Translations under genes and position numbers: made by a program | Shown here: positions 59,300 through 64,000 of the stretch, in pieces | Position numbering within the stretch: position 1 is the stretch's first letter | Layout: every line of letters starts with the position of its first letter | Notes under the pieces: generated by a model | The model's input: only the letters and a program-made list of their open reading frames with translations | Told to the model about the DNA's origin: nothing | Databases searched by the model: none | Assembly (NCBI GenBank): GCA_964635565.1 | Contig: CAZWON010000002.1 | Coordinates: forward strand, 14,936-78,935 | From: an uncultured Planctomycetia bacterium | Lineage (GTDB): Bacteria > Omnitrophota > Gorgyraeia > Duberdicusellales > 4484-171 | DNA length: 64,000 nucleotides | Reading direction: 5' to 3'

Positions 59300-61004
59300 C
59301 TTGCACCTCCTTTTTTAATTTATCCACAAAATCTTCTACTTTCATTGGTCCTAAATTTTTACCACCGTGCTGACGCACATTTACCTGCTGGTTGCTTTTT
59401 TCTCTTTCCCCTACAATTGCCATATAAGGGATTTTTTCCAGCTCTTTATTCCTTATTTTTCTCTGAAGGGTTACATTTTGTAAATCTAATTCCACACGAA
59501 ACCCTTCTTCTTCTAAAATTGCTTTTACTCTCTGGGCATAATCTTTACTCTCGCTACTTATACTGAGTATAGCTACCTGGACAGGAGAAAGCCAAAGAGG
59601 GAATTTACCTCCATAATGCTCAATGAGAGTAGCTAAAAACCTCTCCAAACTGCCTAAAATTACACGATGGATCATAATTACCCGCACATCTTTACCACTT
59701 GCATTCCGATAGGTTAAATTAAACCGCTCAGGAATACTGTAATCAAGCTGAATAGTAGCACATTGCCACTTTCTTTCTAAAACATCTTTCAATTTTATAT
59801 CTATTTTGGGGCCATAAAAAGCTCCTTCGCCCTTATTAATAGCATAAACAATTTTTTTTCTCTGTAGAACCTCCTCTAAAATACGTTCTGCTAAATCCCA
59901 ATCTTCACTTTTTCCAATAAATTTATCAGGTCGGGTACTCAACTCAGCATCAAAATCCTTAAAACCAAATTTTAACATAGCTTCTTTCACAAAATCAAGC
60001 ACTCCTTCTATTTCACTGTATAAATCATCTTTTCGACAGAAAATATGAGCATCGTCCTGGGTAAAACCTCTTACCCTTAAGAGACCATGAAGAACCCCAC
60101 TTTTCTCATAACGGTACACTGTCCCTAATTCAAACAGCCTAAGAGGAAGCTGGCGCCAGCTCCGTAATTGAGACTTATAGATAAGAATATGTCCTGGACA
60201 ATTCATTGGCTTTAGAATAAATTCCTGATTTTCCTTAGTTATAGGATACATATAATCTTGGTAATATTGGAGGTGACCGCTTTTTTCCCAAAGACTTTTA
60301 TCCATAATGCTGGGTGTAATCACTATTTGATAACCGCGCCTTAAGTGTTCCTTTATCTCCCAATCTTCAATTATCTTCCGTAAGATAGCTCCTTTGGGAA
60401 GATAAAATACTAAACCCGCTCCTGCCTCTTTATAGTAAATATCAAACAAACCCAGCTGTCTGCCTAAAATTCTGTGGTCTCTTTTTTTTGCCTCTTTCAG
60501 TCTCATAAGGTATCTATCGAGTTCGTCTTTAGTAAAAAAAGCTACCCCATAAATGCGCACAAGCTGAGAATTATGTTCGTCTCCTTTCCAATAAGCACCG
60601 GATATAGAAAGGAGCTTAAAATATTTCACCTCACCTGTAGAAGAAAGATGCGGACCTCTACATAAGTCTATAAAATCATTGTGCTTATAAATGGAAACTT
60701 TTTCTTCTTGCAAATCCTTTATCAACTCTACCTTATAAATTTCATTTCTTTCTTCAAAAAAACGAAGGGCATCCTTACTGCTCCACTCTTCGTGAATAAA
60801 AGGCATATCCTCTTTAGCAATCTCTCGCATTATTTCTTCTATTCTATCTAAATCTTCTTCTTTAATACCACCAGGAATATCAAAATCGTAATAAAACCCT
60901 TCCTCAATAGCAGGACCAATACCTAACTTTGCCTGAGGATAAAGTTTTTTTACTGCACTCGCCATAACATGAGAACACGAATGTCTTAAGGTTTCTAAAT
61001 TCAT
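59295..61004 (-). CDS. thrS: Threonine--tRNA ligase (569 aa, lacks the N-terminal TGS domain).
   Basis: Editing domain RHSCSHVMA. Class II motifs. Confidence 0.85.
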   Translation of the reverse strand: MNLETLRHSCSHVMASAVKKLYPQAKLGIGPAIEEGFYYDFDIPGGIKEEDLDRIEEIMREIAKEDMPFIHEEWSSKDALRFFEERNEIYKVELIKDLQEEKVSIYKHNDFIDLCRGPHLSSTGEVKYFKLLSISGAYWKGDEHNSQLVRIYGVAFFTKDELDRYLMRLKEAKKRDHRILGRQLGLFDIYYKEAGAGLVFYLPKGAILRKIIEDWEIKEHLRRGYQIVITPSIMDKSLWEKSGHLQYYQDYMYPITKENQEFILKPMNCPGHILIYKSQLRSWRQLPLRLFELGTVYRYEKSGVLHGLLRVRGFTQDDAHIFCRKDDLYSEIEGVLDFVKEAMLKFGFKDFDAELSTRPDKFIGKSEDWDLAERILEEVLQRKKIVYAINKGEGAFYGPKIDIKLKDVLERKWQCATIQLDYSIPERFNLTYRNASGKDVRVIMIHRVILGSLERFLATLIEHYGGKFPLWLSPVQVAILSISSESKDYAQRVKAILEEEGFRVELDLQNVTLQRKIRNKELEKIPYMAIVGEREKSNQQVNVRQHGGKNLGPMKVEDFVDKLKKEVQD

Positions 61005-61049
61005 ATAATTACCTCAATATATAAATAGAAATGAGCGGGGCTATCCTCT

Positions 61050-61256
61050 GGAAAACAACCACTCTTTACCCTACCCCTTATTCTATCTTAATAACAATGG
61101 GCGGTAGAGGATTTGTATGCAATCTTCGCTGTAAAGCGAAGCGTCCTTTTTAAGGACGCATTGCATCCAAATGAATGTAGCTCTCATAAGGAAAACAGCC
61201 ATTCTTTACTCTACCCCCTCATTCTCTATCAATAACCATGGGCGGTAGAGGATTTG
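61050..61256 (-). repeat. About 140-bp tandem duplication (2 copies, roughly 85% identical 67-nt cores) containing the 3' end of tRNA-Val. Copy 1 is followed by a compound palindromic hairpin, copy 2 by the complete tRNA.
   Basis: The 67-nt ggaaaaca(a/g)cc...atgggcggtagaggatttg core is present at 61050-61116 and 61190-61256. Hairpin gcgtcctttttaaggacgc / atgcaat...attgcat at 61117-61180. Confidence 0.6.
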
Positions 61257-61311
61257 AACCTCTGACCTTCTGAATGTAAGTCAGACGCGCTCCCAACTGC
61301 GCCAACCGCCC
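61239..61311 (-). tRNA. tRNA-Val (anticodon UAC), CCA not encoded.
   Basis: GGGCGGTTGGCGCAGTTGGGAGCGCG-TCTGA-CTTACAT-TCAGA...GGTTCAAATCCTCTACCGCCCA. Confidence 0.7.
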
Positions 61312-61487
61312 AAGAGTAAATCTTCCTTCTAACTTCTCATTTAAGAAACTTCTTTTCTAACGAGATAAATAATACCAAAATCTTTAAAAAAAGCAAGAAT
61401 TCTCTCTAAATTAGCTGGTTTTGAATTATTGTAAAACGGTAGGCCAATTTTCTTCTAAGAACCCCCCTAAATTTTAAAACCTTCCTT

Positions 61488-62099
61488 CTATCTTCTGATT
61501 ACATCCTTAATTCTTAACAGCTGAGACAAAAACTCTCTTTCTATTTCTACAAGTTTAGACTCAATAAATTTTATTGAATCCGCTATTTGAGGTATCAATA
61601 TGTATTCTAAAGCATTTACTCTTCTTCTTGTCTTTAAAATTTCTTTGCCCACCATTTCTATAGCAAGGTAAAGTTCGACTATCTGGACTAATTTTTCTTT
61701 AACCTCCTTTTTTATATGATAGACTTTATCCCATTGATAAGGGATATTTTTTGGGGAATAAGGAGATAAATCTTGTCTTTTAAAAGAAATTTTAAGCAGT
61801 CTTAAATTTAAAAGTCTCTGATAATTTATCTCTATCTGATGGGGAATTAAATTATCCAGAAGCGTTTTAAGCAAAGAAGGGGAAGTCTGTATTTTTAATA
61901 TAAGATACTCATCAAGAAACTGTCTAAAAATATCCTCCCACTCATAAGAAGTCTTTTTAAATAACCTTATAAGGCGATGAAATTCTGAAATTAACTTCTC
62001 TAACTTGTCCTGCAGAAGACGATGCCCTTTTTCTGAAAGGAGAAGCCTTCTTTTTAGTTTAAGCAGTTCCATTCTATTAGGGTTTACCTTGAGTTTCAT
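61488..62099 (-). CDS. atpD: V-type ATP synthase subunit D.
   Basis: [32 protein letters not shown]. Confidence 0.8.
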   Translation of the reverse strand: MKLKVNPNRMELLKLKRRLLLSEKGHRLLQDKLEKLISEFHRLIRLFKKTSYEWEDIFRQFLDEYLILKIQTSPSLLKTLLDNLIPHQIEINYQRLLNLRLLKISFKRQDLSPYSPKNIPYQWDKVYHIKKEVKEKLVQIVELYLAIEMVGKEILKTRRRVNALEYILIPQIADSIKFIESKLVEIEREFLSQLLRIKDVIRR

Positions 62100-63466
62100 T
62101 TTTTATAATATTCTTTCAAAATATTTGGCCTTACTCTTCTTAACTCACTTTCGGGAAAATCACCTAAAAGGCGCCATCCTAAATTTAAGGTTTCTTCTAT
62201 TGTCCTTTCCTCAAATTCTTTTTGCCGTACAAATTCATTCTCAAACCTATCCGCAAACTGTAAGTATAACTTATCAAGAGGGCTTAAAGCTTCTTCTCCT
62301 AAAATTAACGCTAACTCTCTTACTTCTTTCCCATGAGCATAACATGCAAAAAGCTGGTTAAGAAGGTCACTATGATCTTGGCGTGTTTTATTTTCCCCAA
62401 TACCTTTATCTTTTAAACGGGAAAGTGAAGGTAATACATCAATAGGAGGATAGATTCCTTTTTTATGGAGTGCCCGTGATAAAATTATTTGTCCTTCCGT
62501 AATGTAACCTGTCAAATCAGGAATGGGATGAGTTTTGTCGTCATCAGGCATAGTGAGAATAGGAAACATGGTGATGGACCCTTTTTTACCTTTAATCCTG
62601 CCTGCTCTTTCATATATGGTAGCTAAATCTGTATACATATAACCGGGATAGCCCCTTCTTCCGGGCACCTCTTTACGAGCATTAGAAACTTCTCTCAGTG
62701 CTTCACAATAAAAAGTCATATCAATTAAAATTACTAAAACATGCATTTGCAAGTGAAAGGCAAGATACTCCGCAGCAGTTAAAGCAAAACGAGGAGTAGA
62801 AATCCTCTCTATTACTGGTTCATTAGCTAAATTTATAAATAAAACTGTCCTTTCTAAAGCGCCTGTTTTTTTAAAGTCATCTATAAAAAAATTAGCCTCT
62901 TCAAAAGTTATCCCCATTGCCCCAAATACAACCGCAAAAGATTCATCATCGGTTAAAACACGCGCCTGGCGAGCAATCTGAGCAGCAATCCTATTATGAG
63001 AAAGGCCCGAACTTGAAAAAATAGGTAATTTCTGGCCTCTCACTAAAGGATTCATTCCGTCAATACAGGAAATACCTGTCTGAATAAATTCAGAGGGATA
63101 ATCTCTAGCTACAGGATTAATGGGCGCACCATTAATGTCTAAAACTTTCTCTATTCGGGGAGAAGGAAGATTATCGCGAATCTGGCCTCTCCCATTAAAT
63201 ATTCTCCCTAAAATATCTTTTCCTACACCCATGGTTTCACTTTTACCTAAAAAATTAACCTTGCTTTTGTCCACATCCAAACCATGAGTCCCTTCAAATA
63301 CCTGAACAACAGCTAAATCAGTGGAAACATCCAATACCTTACCAAAACGTTTTGTATTATCAGGAAGAATTATCTGGGCAAGCTCTCCATATTTAACGTC
63401 TTCTATCTTTTTAACAATTAAAAGTGGCCCTTGAATCTGGGTAATAGTCTGGTATTCTCTAAACAT
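62096..63466 (-). CDS. atpB: V-type ATP synthase subunit B.
   Basis: [15 protein letters not shown]...[22 protein letters not shown]. Confidence 0.9.
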   Translation of the reverse strand: MFREYQTITQIQGPLLIVKKIEDVKYGELAQIILPDNTKRFGKVLDVSTDLAVVQVFEGTHGLDVDKSKVNFLGKSETMGVGKDILGRIFNGRGQIRDNLPSPRIEKVLDINGAPINPVARDYPSEFIQTGISCIDGMNPLVRGQKLPIFSSSGLSHNRIAAQIARQARVLTDDESFAVVFGAMGITFEEANFFIDDFKKTGALERTVLFINLANEPVIERISTPRFALTAAEYLAFHLQMHVLVILIDMTFYCEALREVSNARKEVPGRRGYPGYMYTDLATIYERAGRIKGKKGSITMFPILTMPDDDKTHPIPDLTGYITEGQIILSRALHKKGIYPPIDVLPSLSRLKDKGIGENKTRQDHSDLLNQLFACYAHGKEVRELALILGEEALSPLDKLYLQFADRFENEFVRQKEFEERTIEETLNLGWRLLGDFPESELRRVRPNILKEYYKK

Positions 63467-64000
63467 TCTCTACTTCCTCTATAACTTTTTTTTCTATATC
63501 CTTAAACTTATCCCTTTTGTCTTCGGGAATAAATTTACTTCGAGAAATTTCCATCCTTACAGGCAACTTCAATAACCCAACAAGCTCTTTCCCATCTCTT
63601 AAGGCCTTCTGACAGCTATGGTAAAAATAAAGTATTACCTTTAACATAAAATATTGCTTTTTTAAAGAAGTGAATGTGTCTTCGAAGTGGAAGGCATTCT
63701 GATGAAGAAAATCCTCCCTAATGGAACGGGCTATCTCAAGTTTTAATTTATCTTCACTACTTAATGCTTCTTCACCTACGAGTCGGGCTATTTCTTTTAA
63801 TTCGTCTTCCTCCTCTAAAAGTTTCATTGCTTCTATTCTTAAAAGGTCAAAATCTTCAGCAATATCTTCCCTCTTAAATTCTTCCAAAACCTGATGGTAT
63901 AAAGAATAGCTTGTCAGCCAATTTATTGCAGGGAAATGTCGAGCATTAGCCAACCTATCATCTAACCCCCAAAAAACTTTCACTACCTTTAAAGTTGCTT
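63459..64000 (-). CDS. atpA: V-type ATP synthase subunit A (C-terminal part; 5' end beyond window).
   Basis: [16 protein letters not shown]. Confidence 0.8.
   Translation of the reverse strand, partial: ATLKVVKVFWGLDDRLANARHFPAINWLTSYSLYHQVLEEFKREDIAEDFDLLRIEAMKLLEEEDELKEIARLVGEEALSSEDKLKLEIARSIREDFLHQNAFHFEDTFTSLKKQYFMLKVILYFYHSCQKALRDGKELVGLLKLPVRMEISRSKFIPEDKRDKFKDIEKKVIEEVENV

Noticed and set aside
61117-61190. Possible second tRNA or tRNA pseudogene between the two repeat copies.
   Set aside because: Only the 3' T-arm/acceptor half is present. No matching 5' acceptor strand, D-arm or anticodon arm can be folded.
1-64000. CRISPR arrays, IS elements/transposases, integrases, rRNA.
   Set aside because: No regularly spaced direct repeats. 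No transposase- or integrase-like ORFs. No rRNA-like conserved sequence.

Overview
This is a 64-kb, AT-rich, low-GC bacterial window, almost entirely coding on the minus strand. Several features are compatible with an Omnitrophota-like genome (a giant ORF beside Tad pilus genes, V-type ATPase, CCA not encoded in the tRNAs), though that placement is only a guess.

Positions 1 to about 29,000 hold an unusual accessory region:
(i) A giant minus-strand ORF of more than 4,144 codons starts at 12433 and runs off the window at position 1 with no stop, which is why the ORF track omits it. It has an N-terminal signal peptide followed by a peptidase-C39-like (papain-fold) Cys/His domain.
(ii) Immediately upstream lies a non-canonical Tad/Flp-type pilus locus. 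It comprises a PpiC-type isomerase, CpaB, a CpaC secretin carrying a C-terminal TonB_C domain, a single TadZ(CpaE)-TadA(CpaF) fusion ATPase, a tandem array of 11 Flp-like pilin paralogs, TadB and TadC. The 11 pilins include three under 60 aa that the ORF track missed, and they share a KKAQSxxEY prepeptide motif. Downstream come three TadE/TadG-like pseudopilins, two of them large, Gly-zipper and Cys-rich. No prepilin peptidase is present in the window.

Positions 29,000 to 64,000 are mostly housekeeping. The plus-strand block is NfeD and stomatin, a putative FIST protein, a GAF histidine kinase and a REC-GGDEF (GGDDF) regulator. The minus strand then carries an ECF sigma/anti-sigma operon with a repeat protein, folE, mnmE, folC, purH, an EF-G paralog translationally coupled to a P-loop-less YchF C-terminal protein, rpoD, dnaG, NIF3, cvpA, rarA, pheST, trkH/trkA, rplT, rpmI, infC (ATT start), thrS, and V-type ATPase D, B and A (A partial).

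Two tRNAs are present, tRNA-Glu(CUC) and tRNA-Val(UAC). Structured non-coding elements include a roughly 150-nt purine/pyrimidine-asymmetric hairpin at 29.5 kb, a 140-bp tandem duplication of the tRNA-Val 3' end in the thrS leader, and GC-rich hairpins upstream of rarA. All protein calls rest on reading motifs by eye, with no database search.
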